This document shows, piece by piece, positions 8,762 to 18,701 of a DNA stretch of 39,691 nt (position 1 is its first letter; every line of letters begins with the position of its first letter). The notes beneath the pieces were generated by a model, which saw nothing but the letters and a program-made list of their open reading frames with translations, had not been told where the DNA came from and did no database searches. The stretch spans positions 1 to 39,691 of the forward strand of contig JAWBOR010000002.1 of NCBI GenBank assembly GCA_038826015.1, written 5' to 3'. Made by a program: the position numbers and the translations under genes. This stretch comes from Candidatus Bathyarchaeia archaeon (GTDB lineage Archaea > Thermoproteota > Bathyarchaeia > Bathyarchaeales > DTEX01).

Positions 8762-9627
8762 GACAGAACATGTGCCTTTTCGCTGTTAATCTTTGCTTCG
8801 ATCACTTCACCACTATACTTCTTCCAAGCGTCTTTGACACTTTCAACTTTGTCTTGAGGAACAATAGCAGCAACGGATGGACCTTTGCCTGATAAACCTG
8901 CAGCGATCGCACCAGCAGCCAAAGCATCTACGGCTATTTTGTCGTCATAACCAAGAACTGCTGAGTAAACAAAACCATTAAGAGTCATTGCTGGCCAATA
9001 TTCGCCTAGACACGCCAATTTATGAAGCAACTTTATTTCGTTAGCTATTAGTTTCATCCCTTCAATGTTGGACTCCGCCGTATAAGCCTTTATTGGAGGC
9101 ACATAAATCAGAACTGGATACTTATCCTTCACGAAAAATTGTTTCAAAATTTTTCTTTCGTAGTTATCAGTGATTACGATGTTTCCAAAATAGGAAGCAC
9201 AAGCGTCATCGAAGGCGCCAGTAATCGTGATACCTGCCTCGATAGCCGCATCAACCCCAAGATTCACAGCGGCGAAGTCGTCAACATCCACCCCTAAAGC
9301 ATCAAAAACTGCAAGCGCAACTGCGTTAGCCGCGGCACTACTGCTTTTTAATCCACGGGCTATCGGAATATTTGATCTGGTTTCTACAAATGCGCCATAT
9401 TCATCTTCGAGATGGAAATATCTCAGAACGCGGCTGACTACTTTTTCAATTAAACTCGTATTCTCTTCTGGATCTGATAAAATCCGACCTTCAATCCGTC
9501 TTGGCTCATTGGTCAATTTGACTGAAGCTTCAGTTTTCAAATCTATGCCTAAGGCTGCGCCTAAGCCGCAAGAAATAGCGTTAATAACCGTTATAGCGCC
9601 ATATGCGATGGCTTTCCCATGATACAT
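8758..9627 (-). CDS. aroK: Archaeal (GHMP-family) shikimate kinase
   Basis: Motifs GAITVINAI..GLGAA, IPIARGLKSSSA, ITGAFDDA.AS.FG and GLSGKGPS. Located in the aro operon. Confidence 0.95.
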   Translation of the reverse strand: MYHGKAIAYGAITVINAISCGLGAALGIDLKTEASVKLTNEPRRIEGRILSDPEENTSLIEKVVSRVLRYFHLEDEYGAFVETRSNIPIARGLKSSSAAANAVALAVFDALGVDVDDFAAVNLGVDAAIEAGITITGAFDDACASYFGNIVITDNYERKILKQFFVKDKYPVLIYVPPIKAYTAESNIEGMKLIANEIKLLHKLACLGEYWPAMTLNGFVYSAVLGYDDKIAVDALAAGAIAAGLSGKGPSVAAIVPQDKVESVKDAWKKYSGEVIEAKINSEKAHVLS

Positions 9628-9631
9628 TCGT

Positions 9632-10504
9632 TCATTTCTCCTTTTTCGCTTTCAATTTTGCCATGGCTGCTTTCATCATAACTTCGACTGGCGCTTTTTT
9701 TCCAGTCCATATTTCGAAAGAAGATGCGCCTTGATGAATAAGCATGTCTAAACCGTTGATGGTTTTCGCTCCCACTTTTTTCGCGTCTTTAAGCAATCTG
9801 GTTTCAAAAGGATCATAAACTAAATCGAAAACGACCATACTAGGACGCAAAAGGATCGGATTAATCGGCGTCTCGTTTTCTCTAGGATGCATTCCTATAG
9901 AAGTAGCATTGATAACTATGTCAGCGTCTTCCAACTCCGTTTTTAGATTGGTTTCTTTTAAGCTTCTCGCTTTCACCTTTACGCTTTTTCCTAAAAGGCT
10001 TGATAGATCCTTAACAAGGTTTTCGGCCTTTTCTACTGTTCTATTTAGGACCACAAGTTCTTTAGATTCCTTCGCTATATTAAAAGAGACTGCTCTAGAT
10101 GCGCCTCCTGCGCCTAATATTACAATTTTCTTGTTTGATGGGCTCACTTTGTTGTATTTTAGAGCATTTAATGCGCCGATTCCATCTGTGGAATAACCGA
10201 TTAGTGTTCCCTCTTTATTCAGCACCGTATTAACTGAGCCAATGTTTTTTGCTGTTTCATCTATCTGATCAAGATATTGAATCACGTTCATCTTGTGAGG
10301 CATGGTTACATTTAATCCATGCATATTCAAACTTCGCATACCTGAAACTGCCTTTTCAAGGTTCTCTTTCTTAACATTGAATGCAACGTAAACATAGTTC
10401 AAATTAAGATACTGAAAAGCTGCATTCTGAATAGAAGGACTCAGAGAATGCGCCACAGGATCCCCAATCAACGCGCAAACCTTTGTTGTTGCTGAAATGT
10501 TCAT
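9632..10504 (-). CDS. aroE: Shikimate dehydrogenase
   Basis: Motifs GDPVAHSLSP, GLNVTMPHK, GSVNTV, TDG, GAGGA.RA, NRT, INATSIGM, D.VY.P and GL.MLI.QG. Confidence 0.96.
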   Translation of the reverse strand: MNISATTKVCALIGDPVAHSLSPSIQNAAFQYLNLNYVYVAFNVKKENLEKAVSGMRSLNMHGLNVTMPHKMNVIQYLDQIDETAKNIGSVNTVLNKEGTLIGYSTDGIGALNALKYNKVSPSNKKIVILGAGGASRAVSFNIAKESKELVVLNRTVEKAENLVKDLSSLLGKSVKVKARSLKETNLKTELEDADIVINATSIGMHPRENETPINPILLRPSMVVFDLVYDPFETRLLKDAKKVGAKTINGLDMLIHQGASSFEIWTGKKAPVEVMMKAAMAKLKAKKEK

Positions 10505-11202
10505 TCAATGACACCCAATTTTCGGTAAATCTTTTTCAGTTCGGTTATGGAAATTTGGTCAGGAGCGGTTTCTAATCCGCTCTTTAACGAAGCGAAAGTG
10601 AAGTAGGAACCGAAAAAAGGCGATAAAATCCTGGATAATACACCATCTCTACCCATTGCAAAACAGACAATTTTAGTTATCTCACTCATCTTTTTCGTGA
10701 AAAGCAAGCATTGAATGCTGTCCTCAACACTGTTGGCAGTTGTTACCAGTTTACAGATTTCAGCTCCCGTTTTACGTTGTTCTTTGACGATTTTCTCCAT
10801 CTGGGATAATGCAGGGGTGCCGTTGAAATCGTGGAAAGACAAGATCGGCTTAGCACCATAATTCCTCACACTGTGAACTATCGCATTCAAATCTCTCGTA
10901 GTTAACTCCAAATCTACATATTGAAACCCTAGTTCGGCAGACTTAATCAATGTTTTAACCCTCAAATCTTCGTTTTGAAGGCACTTTCCTCCCTGCTCGT
11001 ATTGTCTATTGGTAGCGATGAGTGGAAGAGAAGATTGCTCAACCACTCCTTCAAATCTATTCATGCTGCTCAAATCATTTATGCCCATATAGTCAAAACG
11101 GATCTCAATTAAATCTGCCCCCACATTTTCAGCTCTTCGAATCATTGGTATAATGTCAGAAAACGTTTTGATAGGCAAAGGAACGCAAATTCTTGGCCTC
11201 AT
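10501..11202 (-). CDS. aroD: Type I 3-dehydroquinate dehydratase
   Basis: Motifs EIRFD, IATNR..EQGG, YVDLEL, SFHDF..TP, ICKL (Schiff-base Lys), FAMG..G..SR and APDQ. Confidence 0.93.
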   Translation of the reverse strand: MRPRICVPLPIKTFSDIIPMIRRAENVGADLIEIRFDYMGINDLSSMNRFEGVVEQSSLPLIATNRQYEQGGKCLQNEDLRVKTLIKSAELGFQYVDLELTTRDLNAIVHSVRNYGAKPILSFHDFNGTPALSQMEKIVKEQRKTGAEICKLVTTANSVEDSIQCLLFTKKMSEITKIVCFAMGRDGVLSRILSPFFGSYFTFASLKSGLETAPDQISITELKKIYRKLGVIE

Positions 11203-12293
11203 CTTTCAATCACTTTCTCTTCTTTGACAAGTGTGCCGAAATGTCTGCCTCCTTCCTTTAAATGTAAAAGAACTTTATCGCCCGCTGTTAAATCCTTCAT
11301 AGATTTACTTCCATTCTCAGTCACAATTCTGATTGTTTCCGCATTTTGAACTATAGTCTTAAACTTTTTTCCCTCACATTCCGCTTCAATAAGTGTGAGT
11401 GGTCTCCACTCTATCTTAACCCTACAAATATTTGTTGTTCTATTCTTTCCATAGCGATCAACAATGAGAACTTCGTCTCCAGCCTTTAACTCTGAAAGGT
11501 ATCGTGTTTTACCGCTTGGTGCAAGAACATAAAGCGCAATAGAACCTGCATTCACACGGAAGGGACGAGGAGCAACAAACGGTGTCTCATGAACTTCAGC
11601 TTCTATAAGGAAGAGACCTGAGGATTGGCATCCGACAAGTATGCCTTCGCCTTCTCTCATTATGTCACATGTATCTATGCATACCCGTGCACCCGCATTG
11701 ATAGGCTTTATCTCGGTAACTTTAGCTGGGAGAAGCCTGATCGTTTCTGAAGATTCCAATTCAGGCCTCCTTGTCTTAATGGCCTGCATGGTTTTGTAAA
11801 TCTTCATTATCTCATAGACATCTGAAAGATCTGCGACGATTCCATCCACACCAATTTCTAAAGTTTCAAGAGCTATTTTCGCTTCTTGGACATTGGAAAC
11901 AAAGGCTAGAAGTTTGCTTTTTCCATGAATCGACGCTATAAGATTTTCTAGAGGTATGATCTTCCAATCTGGGCACATAGCTACAACATAATCAGTTCCA
12001 GCTTCGGCCCAAGTTACTATTTTCTTTTCATCACCCTTTGATTTAACAGTTACAATAACAGAAGTTTTTTTCCCTCTTTTCTTAAATTTCGGAATTTCTC
12101 TAATCTCTTTCAGAAGAACGATATCTCCATCCTCAGTGGAGCATACAATGTTCTTACTACCAGATTTTCTAGCTAATAGCGCGTCCTCTACCTCAGTTAA
12201 ATGCGCTGTACAGATTTCCGCCGTCTTCTGGATCAGTGCCTCTTTTTCCAGTTTTGGTAAGGCTGGATGAACTTTTATCCAGAGTTCTCTCAA
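11199..12293 (-). CDS. aroB': 3-dehydroquinate synthase II (archaeal AroB', MJ1249-type)
   Basis: Motifs DWKIIPLENLIA, LE.GVDG, RVCIDTC, GEGILVG, RPFRVNAG, TRYLSEL, RVKIE.RPL, QNAETIR and GRHFG. TTG start. Confidence 0.95.
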   Translation of the reverse strand: MRELWIKVHPALPKLEKEALIQKTAEICTAHLTEVEDALLARKSGSKNIVCSTEDGDIVLLKEIREIPKFKKRGKKTSVIVTVKSKGDEKKIVTWAEAGTDYVVAMCPDWKIIPLENLIASIHGKSKLLAFVSNVQEAKIALETLEIGVDGIVADLSDVYEIMKIYKTMQAIKTRRPELESSETIRLLPAKVTEIKPINAGARVCIDTCDIMREGEGILVGCQSSGLFLIEAEVHETPFVAPRPFRVNAGSIALYVLAPSGKTRYLSELKAGDEVLIVDRYGKNRTTNICRVKIEWRPLTLIEAECEGKKFKTIVQNAETIRIVTENGSKSMKDLTAGDKVLLHLKEGGRHFGTLVKEEKVIER

Positions 12294-12411
12294 ATTTTAT
12301 CTTCCTCTTGCGCTCTAATTATTTTTCTTTTCATTTTGGTTTTCATCGTTTCCCCTATTAGACAAAATTTTCCTCGTTTAAATTTGTTTATGTTGATAAA
12401 AGCTAAGATTT

Positions 12412-12426
12412 TTATGAAGTTCGTGT
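12412..12426. promoter_or_regulatory. Degenerate copy of the LysM-type palindrome in the aroB'/aroA' divergent promoter region
   Basis: TTATGAAGTTCGTGT matches TTACGAAATTCGTAA at 11/15 positions and abuts a TATA-like TTTATTATAA. Confidence 0.3.
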
Positions 12427-12465
12427 TTATTATAAGAATGTAATATCAGAAAGTGGTGAATAAAT

Positions 12466-13266
12466 TTGACAGAAATCGGAAAGAGAATCAGAATCGACCG
12501 CATAATGGACAGAAATACAAAGAGGACAGTGATTATCCCTTTGGATCACGGTTTAACCGTTGGTCCCATTCAAGGGCTTCAAGATATGAGGGACATTGTT
12601 AATCAAGCTGCAGAAGGTGGAGCAAACGCAGTTCTGGAGCATAAAGGAATAATAAAGGCTGGTTACAGAGGCTACGGCAGAGACATTGGGTTAATACTAC
12701 ATCTTTCAGGTAGTACTGTGTTGGGGCCAGATCCAAATAATAAAGTGTTAGTAGCCGATGTCATTGAAGCAATAAAATTGGGCGCAGATGCGGTTTCAAT
12801 TCACATAAATGTTGGGTCTAACACCGAGCCTGAACAACTGAAGATCTTGGGAGAAACAGCAAAAATATGTGAAGAGTGGGGTATGCCATTAGTAGCGATG
12901 ATGTACCCACGAGGAGAGAAGATAAAAAACGAATACGATGTAGACGTCGTTAAGCATGCTGCTCGTGTAGGCGCTGAGCTGGGTGCAGACATCGTCAAGA
13001 CTAATTATACTGGAAGCGAAGAAACATTCAGAGAAGTTGTGAAAGGTTGTCCAGTTCCAGTAGTCATGGCTGGCGGTCCTAAGACAAGGACAGATGAAGA
13101 GTTCTGCCAAATGGTCTACGATTCAATATGCGCAGGCGGATCTGGAGCTGCCGCAGGAAGAAACGTTTTTCAACATAAGCATCCAGCTAAAATGGTTAGG
13201 GTTTTATGTGGAATCGTCCATGAAGGCTTAGACGCTAAGACAGCCTTGTCGAAGTATATGAAATAA
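12466..13266 (+). CDS. aroA': 2-amino-3,7-dideoxy-D-threo-hept-6-ulosonate (ADH) synthase (AroA', MJ0400-type class I aldolase/transaldolase)
   Basis: Motifs [55 protein letters not shown] and GRNVFQH. Divergent from aroB', with RBS GGTGA and a TTG start. Confidence 0.92.
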   Translation: MTEIGKRIRIDRIMDRNTKRTVIIPLDHGLTVGPIQGLQDMRDIVNQAAEGGANAVLEHKGIIKAGYRGYGRDIGLILHLSGSTVLGPDPNNKVLVADVIEAIKLGADAVSIHINVGSNTEPEQLKILGETAKICEEWGMPLVAMMYPRGEKIKNEYDVDVVKHAARVGAELGADIVKTNYTGSEETFREVVKGCPVPVVMAGGPKTRTDEEFCQMVYDSICAGGSGAAAGRNVFQHKHPAKMVRVLCGIVHEGLDAKTALSKYMK

Positions 13267-13534
13267 AGAGAAAAGTTTAAATAAAATGTGTTAGACCCTA
13301 TTTTTCGAGTGGTGTGTGCAGTGAGGGATTGCGTTCATAAGAGGCGATTGTTTTCATTCTTAGGTTATCAGACTTCCTAAAATTATCAACGCAAATTTCC
13401 TATTTTGCCGGCTCTTTTTTCTCTGACCCTCTAGCAATTTTGTTTTTATTAGAAAAATTCAAAGGTTTTTTGGAAGTTAAATACCATGCTTTTTTCATAT
13501 TTGCAGTGTAAATCTTGCAGAGTTAAGGTGTTGA

Positions 13535-14524
13535 ATGATGGAAAAAGTTAGATTTGCGATACCGAAGGGACACCTGGCTGAGGCAACATTCAGAACCCTA
13601 GAACGCGCAGGATACGTAATCTCTGGAGGAGAACGTACTTATCGCCCAACGATAAATGATCCCAAAATAGAGTTGAAAATTCTTAGACCACAGGAAATAC
13701 CGATATTTGTCAGCGAAGGATTGCAAGATGTGGGCATAACTGGTCTTGATTGGCTACGTGAAAGCTGCGCTGATGTAAAGTTCCTTTTAGACCTTGAATA
13801 TTCTAAGGTTCAGCTCGTTTTAGCTGTGCCCAAATCATGGTCATCAATAAATTCTCTTTCCGATCTTTTAGAGGTTTTTTCACGTGAGGAAAAAATTATC
13901 AGAGTCTCAACTGAATATCTTAACCTTTCATCTGAATTTTTGAAGAGTAGCCCTGTTTACTCTAGGCTCTATGGCGACAAGGAGCCGCTTATGATTACTC
14001 CATGGTGGAAAAAAGGTGAAAACGAGAAGGTTGCTCTCTACTTGTCGTTTGGAGCCACTGAAGCTAAGCCTCCTGAAAACGCTGATGCTATAATTGAAGT
14101 GATTGAGACCGGGACCTCACTTGAGCAGAACGACTTGAAAGTAATTGAAACATTTATGGAGTCAACAGCCGTACTCATTGCCAACAAGAAATCCTTGAAA
14201 AACCCTGCGAAACAAGAGAAAATCTTTGACATATTAACACTTTTAAAAGGAGTTGTGGATGGAAGAAAAAAACTTCACATATTTGTAAATGTTCATCGAG
14301 ACAACCTATCAGAACTCCTGAAAAACCTACCTGCATTAAAAAGGCCAACAATTGCATCGCTTTCAGATGAAAACTGGTATTCAGTTAACACAGTGATTGA
14401 AAAAGACCGTTTCTTGGAGGTTCTGCCAACGTTAAGAAGACTAGCGCAAGGGTTAGTCGTGTATGAACCTAGACAGGTTTTGCCACTTGACGAGATAGAT
14501 GAGGAGATGAAGAGAACTGAATAA
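13535..14524 (+). CDS. hisG: ATP phosphoribosyltransferase (long form)
   Basis: Motifs AIPKG.L, RPQEIP, D.GITG.D, TEY, SFGATEAK.P and ETGTSL..N.L, plus a C-terminal regulatory domain (LPALKRPTI). Confidence 0.95.
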   Translation: MMEKVRFAIPKGHLAEATFRTLERAGYVISGGERTYRPTINDPKIELKILRPQEIPIFVSEGLQDVGITGLDWLRESCADVKFLLDLEYSKVQLVLAVPKSWSSINSLSDLLEVFSREEKIIRVSTEYLNLSSEFLKSSPVYSRLYGDKEPLMITPWWKKGENEKVALYLSFGATEAKPPENADAIIEVIETGTSLEQNDLKVIETFMESTAVLIANKKSLKNPAKQEKIFDILTLLKGVVDGRKKLHIFVNVHRDNLSELLKNLPALKRPTIASLSDENWYSVNTVIEKDRFLEVLPTLRRLAQGLVVYEPRQVLPLDEIDEEMKRTE

Positions 14525-14540
14525 AAATATTCTCAAAATT

Positions 14541-15821
14541 TTGAGGGTTTCAGATATTTCTAAAGACGTTTTGGAAAAGAGATGGCCGAGAGCTAAAAAG
14601 ATTGATTTAGGCATCGCTGCATCAGTAAAACCGATTATTGATGAAGTTAGAAAACGAGGAGACGAGGCCCTTTTTGAATTTACTATGAAATTTGACTGCG
14701 TAAAATTGACTTCGAAAGGTTTATGCGTAAGCCGAGAAGAGATTGAAAGAGCTTACAAGAAAGTTGACGAAGAACAAATATCTGCAGTAAAGTTTGCGAA
14801 AAACCGTGTTGAAACATTAGAAAAAGATCTATTGGCACGAATTATTTACGAATATGAATACGAAGGTATAAGAATTCGCAGAGACATCCGTCCGTTTCAA
14901 AGCGTAGGCTGCTATGTTCCGGGAGGAGGAGCTGCTTATCCAAGCACTTTGATTATGACGGTTGTTCCTGCGAAAGTTGCCGGCGTTCCAAGAATTGTTG
15001 TTTGCTCTCCGCCCAAAAAGGGTGGCGAAATTAATCCTTTAACGCTTGTAGCTGCAGATGTCTCTGGAGTTGACGAAATCTATAGGGTTGGTGGCGCCCA
15101 AGCAGTTGCAGCCTTGGCTTATGGAACTGAAACAATTAAACCGGTTGAGAAGATAGTTGGGCCAGGCAACATTTTCGTTCAAACAGCCAAAATGCTTGTG
15201 TCACAAGACGTACCTATAGACTTAGTAGCAGGACCAAGTGAGATACTTATTCTTGCTGATGAATCAGCCAATCCACGTACTGTTGCTTTAGATATGATTT
15301 CTCAAGCAGAACACGGAGTTGATAGCGTCCTGATTCTGGTAACTACATCCACAAAGTTTGCAAGAAACACCATTAAAGAGCTCGAGAGAATACTCATGTC
15401 CGTACCAAACAAAGAAACAGTAGCTCAGACATTGTTAAGAAATGGTTTAGTGTTAAAAAGCAACAATGTGGAAGAAGCAGTCGCATTTATCAACGAGTTC
15501 GCACCTGAACATCTCGAAATAAGAACGGAAAACGCCAAAGACATAGCTCAAAAGATAACTTCGGCAGGGCTAATTCTGCTTGGTGAATATACGCCGGTAT
15601 CTGCAAGCGACTATTGCCTAGGAACAAATCATGTTCTTCCAACAGGTGGATTTAGCCGAATTTTTTCGGGTCTTTCAGTTCTAGACTTCATTAAACGAGT
15701 CAATGTTGTTGAATGCTCAAAGGAAGGTCTCTTAATGATTAAGAACAGTATTAGAACTCTTGCTGAAAGCGAAGGTTTAATGAATCATACATTGGCTGCG
15801 GAAGGGAGGTTTCAAGAATGA
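14541..15821 (+). CDS. hisD: Histidinol dehydrogenase
   Basis: Motifs GCYVPGG.AAYPST, GGAQAVAALAYG, GPGN, AGPSE, SQAEH, APEHL and DY..GTNHVLPT. Confidence 0.97.
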   Translation: MRVSDISKDVLEKRWPRAKKIDLGIAASVKPIIDEVRKRGDEALFEFTMKFDCVKLTSKGLCVSREEIERAYKKVDEEQISAVKFAKNRVETLEKDLLARIIYEYEYEGIRIRRDIRPFQSVGCYVPGGGAAYPSTLIMTVVPAKVAGVPRIVVCSPPKKGGEINPLTLVAADVSGVDEIYRVGGAQAVAALAYGTETIKPVEKIVGPGNIFVQTAKMLVSQDVPIDLVAGPSEILILADESANPRTVALDMISQAEHGVDSVLILVTTSTKFARNTIKELERILMSVPNKETVAQTLLRNGLVLKSNNVEEAVAFINEFAPEHLEIRTENAKDIAQKITSAGLILLGEYTPVSASDYCLGTNHVLPTGGFSRIFSGLSVLDFIKRVNVVECSKEGLLMIKNSIRTLAESEGLMNHTLAAEGRFQE

Positions 15822-16942
15822 GCGGCCGCAGAAAGGCGCTCAGACAATTTTTGATCGATGCTCAGAAATTGGGGTTTTACGATGTTGGAGAAACAATTGA
15901 AGGCTTAGCGCGTAAATTAAATAAGCCTTCTTCAGAAATCTTGAAACTTAACTCTAACGAAAACTTTTTTGTTCCACTAGATTTCATTCGAAACATATTA
16001 AGAGAAGTCATAGAAGAAATCGACCCTCGGATTTATCCAAGAGATGAAACTGTAGAGCTGAAGCAAGCCATAAGTAGATATCTAGATGTTTCAACAAAAG
16101 AAATTGTGATAGGCCCAGGTAGCGACCCATTTATCGATTTGGTGTCTAGAATGTTTCTCACCAAAGACGATGAGGCAATTTCAATTACACCAACTTTTTC
16201 CATATATGAAAGATGTGTAAAGATTCAAGGTGCAAAATACAAAGCTGTTCCTCTTAAAGATGATTTCTCTCTTGATACGAAGAGAATCCTGGCTTCCGTC
16301 ACTCCTAGGGCAAAGATAATTTTTCTGTGTTCTCCGAATAACCCAACTGCTAACCTTTTTAACCGCGAAGATTTTCTGTGTTTAACTGAAGGTTTTGACG
16401 GTATTGTTGCCGTAGACGAAGCTTATGCAGATTTTTCTAGAGGTTCTGTTGTAAACCTTGCCGAGAAAGCTGAAAACTTAATTGTTTTTAGAACCTTCTC
16501 TAAGGTTTTCGGTTTAGCCGGTTTAAGGATTGGTTACGCGATTGCGAATCAGGATCTTGCAACGGTTATAGATGAAAGGTTTCAGTTGCCCTATAATGTT
16601 TCTCTAGTTACGTTAAAGGCGTCCGTGAAAATGCTGGAGAAGATTCATGTCATAAAAGATGCTACTGAAAAACTGAAAATTGAGCGGGAAAAACTCATAA
16701 AAAGACTTAACCAAATAGACGGCGTCCACGCGTTTGATTCTGAAACAAATTTTGTTCTCTTTCAAACTGAGAAAAGCTCAGACATAGTGTACGAAGAGCT
16801 TTTACAAAAAGGCATAATCGTAAGGAACATAGGTCGCGTCTTGAATTTGCAGAATTGTTTAAGGGTTACAGTGGCTCCGTCTCATATGATGGAGAAGTTT
16901 CTTATTGAATTAGATGAGGTTTTGAATAAGAATGTTGACTAA
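15818..16942 (+). CDS. hisC: Histidinol-phosphate aminotransferase
   Basis: Motifs KLNSNEN, CSPNNPT, DEAY and RTFSK.FGLAGLRIGY (PLP Lys). Position in the his operon supports the call. Confidence 0.95.
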   Translation: MSGRRKALRQFLIDAQKLGFYDVGETIEGLARKLNKPSSEILKLNSNENFFVPLDFIRNILREVIEEIDPRIYPRDETVELKQAISRYLDVSTKEIVIGPGSDPFIDLVSRMFLTKDDEAISITPTFSIYERCVKIQGAKYKAVPLKDDFSLDTKRILASVTPRAKIIFLCSPNNPTANLFNREDFLCLTEGFDGIVAVDEAYADFSRGSVVNLAEKAENLIVFRTFSKVFGLAGLRIGYAIANQDLATVIDERFQLPYNVSLVTLKASVKMLEKIHVIKDATEKLKIEREKLIKRLNQIDGVHAFDSETNFVLFQTEKSSDIVYEELLQKGIIVRNIGRVLNLQNCLRVTVAPSHMMEKFLIELDEVLNKNVD

Positions 16943-18137
16943 AGAATATGTGACGATAAACCTAAACGGTGAAGTGGCTTACGTTAAAGTGAATAGTCTA
17001 AACCAACTAAAAGAAGTGGACGCCATCGTCTTTGATTGTGACGGCGTACTTGTAGACATAAAAGACTCATACAACAAAGCCATCTCAAAAACAGTCACCT
17101 ACATAATCGAAGGTCTAACCGAATGTTCTGTTCCCGATAACCTAATCTCAGAAGAGATATTATTTCTTTTCAGGAAAAGTGGCGGTTTCAACAATGATTG
17201 GGACATCGTTTATGGAATTCTAATGTTCATTTTATGTAATCTACCAAAAAAAATTCGAGACAGACTTGAAAAACTCATAGAGAAAGCAATGTGGCAATCT
17301 GACATCTTTAAACGTTTTATTTTAGTTAAAGAAGCCGCTAAAAAAGAATTTAAGCCTAATGAATTAGATGAGCAAATCTTTAGAGAGCTTGTTGAACAAT
17401 TAAAGGAGTTCACGGGCTTTCTCGATTCCACTGGCGCAGAATCAGTTGACAAAAAATTAGTAGAAACTTCAGACAATGTTAAGTTCTTTAATGCTTTGAA
17501 ATGTTTCCTTTACGATCCGCCGGAGGTTGGTAAAAGCATTATTGCAACTTTATTTGAGGAGTTCTTCGAAGGTTCAAATTTATTCAAAGAAACATACGGT
17601 TTCGAACCCAAGTTCTATAAGGGTTTAGGCCTGATTGAAAATGAGAAAAACATCATAAGTCCTGAGACTTTAGATCGGTTAGTGTCGATTTTGGGCAAAC
17701 CTAACCTTGGAATAGCTTCGGGAAGCCGGTTCAAACCCGCAGAATACATTTTAGTAAATCTCCTAGTTCGTTTCAAGCGTGACGCCTTAATATTTCTTGA
17801 TTGCATACAAAAAGCGCAAAAAGAATATTTGAATGAAGGTTTGAAGGTTAATCTTGGGAAGCCGAATCCTTTCTCGCTTTTTAAATCCGCTGAAGCACTT
17901 AACTCTCTTAAATTTATTTTGTATGTTGGAGACTCTGCGGAAGACGCTATGATGGTTACTGAAGCTCGGAAGACTGATCCTCGTTTTCTGTTCGCTGGAG
18001 TTTATCGCTTTTCGAGTCTAGACGAAGCGCTTTTAGATAGTTTTCTCAAATATGGATGTGACTTGGTTTTGCCCTCAGTTAATGAGTTACCCTCTGCCCT
18101 AGAAGCAATAAGGAGAATGAAAAATGAGAATAGCTGA
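16932..18137 (+). CDS. HAD-superfamily phosphatase with very large cap; candidate histidinol-phosphate phosphatase
   Basis: HAD motifs FDCDGVL (I), ASG (II), KPNP (III) and VGDSAED (IV). The DSY..AI and GGFNNDWD segments resemble the TIGR01548-type HAD family. It overlaps both hisC and hisB. Confidence 0.8.
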   Translation: MLTKEYVTINLNGEVAYVKVNSLNQLKEVDAIVFDCDGVLVDIKDSYNKAISKTVTYIIEGLTECSVPDNLISEEILFLFRKSGGFNNDWDIVYGILMFILCNLPKKIRDRLEKLIEKAMWQSDIFKRFILVKEAAKKEFKPNELDEQIFRELVEQLKEFTGFLDSTGAESVDKKLVETSDNVKFFNALKCFLYDPPEVGKSIIATLFEEFFEGSNLFKETYGFEPKFYKGLGLIENEKNIISPETLDRLVSILGKPNLGIASGSRFKPAEYILVNLLVRFKRDALIFLDCIQKAQKEYLNEGLKVNLGKPNPFSLFKSAEALNSLKFILYVGDSAEDAMMVTEARKTDPRFLFAGVYRFSSLDEALLDSFLKYGCDLVLPSVNELPSALEAIRRMKNENS

Positions 18138-18699
18138 AGTCACTAGAAAAACGAGCGAGACCGACATTTATGTGAAGGTGAACCTTGATGGTTCAGGTTT
18201 TTTCGAATCTAAAACAGGAGTCGCCTTTCTAGATCATATGCTCAAATCTTTATCCACTCACAGCTTAATCGATATAACAGTAAAAGCATCAGGCGATTTG
18301 AGTCATCATACAGTTGAAGATGTAGCAATCTGTCTTGGTGAAGCTTTACGCAAATCTTTAGGCGACGTGAAAAACATAAAAAGATTCGGATACGCTATTG
18401 TCCCAATGGATTGTTCTTTAGCTTTTGTTGCAATCGACCTTGCCAATAGACCTTATGCGAAAATTGACTTAAAACTCAAGGGCAAAAAAATTGAGGATTT
18501 GCCCTGTGAGGATGTGTACCACTTTTTAGAATCATTAGCCACATCTCTGAGAGCCAACGTGCACATTAACACTCAATACGGGTCAAATGATCACCACAAG
18601 GTAGAGGCAGCGTTTAAGGCTTTAGCGCTTTCTTTAAGGCAAGCAGTCTCGATCGATGTTGAAAGAAGAGGAATTCCAAGCTCGAAAGGAGTTATATAA
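18124..18699 (+). CDS. hisB: Imidazoleglycerol-phosphate dehydratase (monofunctional)
   Basis: Motifs R.T.ET, FLDHML, HHTVEDVAI, PMD and NDHHKVEA.FKA. No N-terminal phosphatase domain. Confidence 0.97.
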   Translation: MRIAEVTRKTSETDIYVKVNLDGSGFFESKTGVAFLDHMLKSLSTHSLIDITVKASGDLSHHTVEDVAICLGEALRKSLGDVKNIKRFGYAIVPMDCSLAFVAIDLANRPYAKIDLKLKGKKIEDLPCEDVYHFLESLATSLRANVHINTQYGSNDHHKVEAAFKALALSLRQAVSIDVERRGIPSSKGVI

Positions 18700-18701
18700 A
18701 A

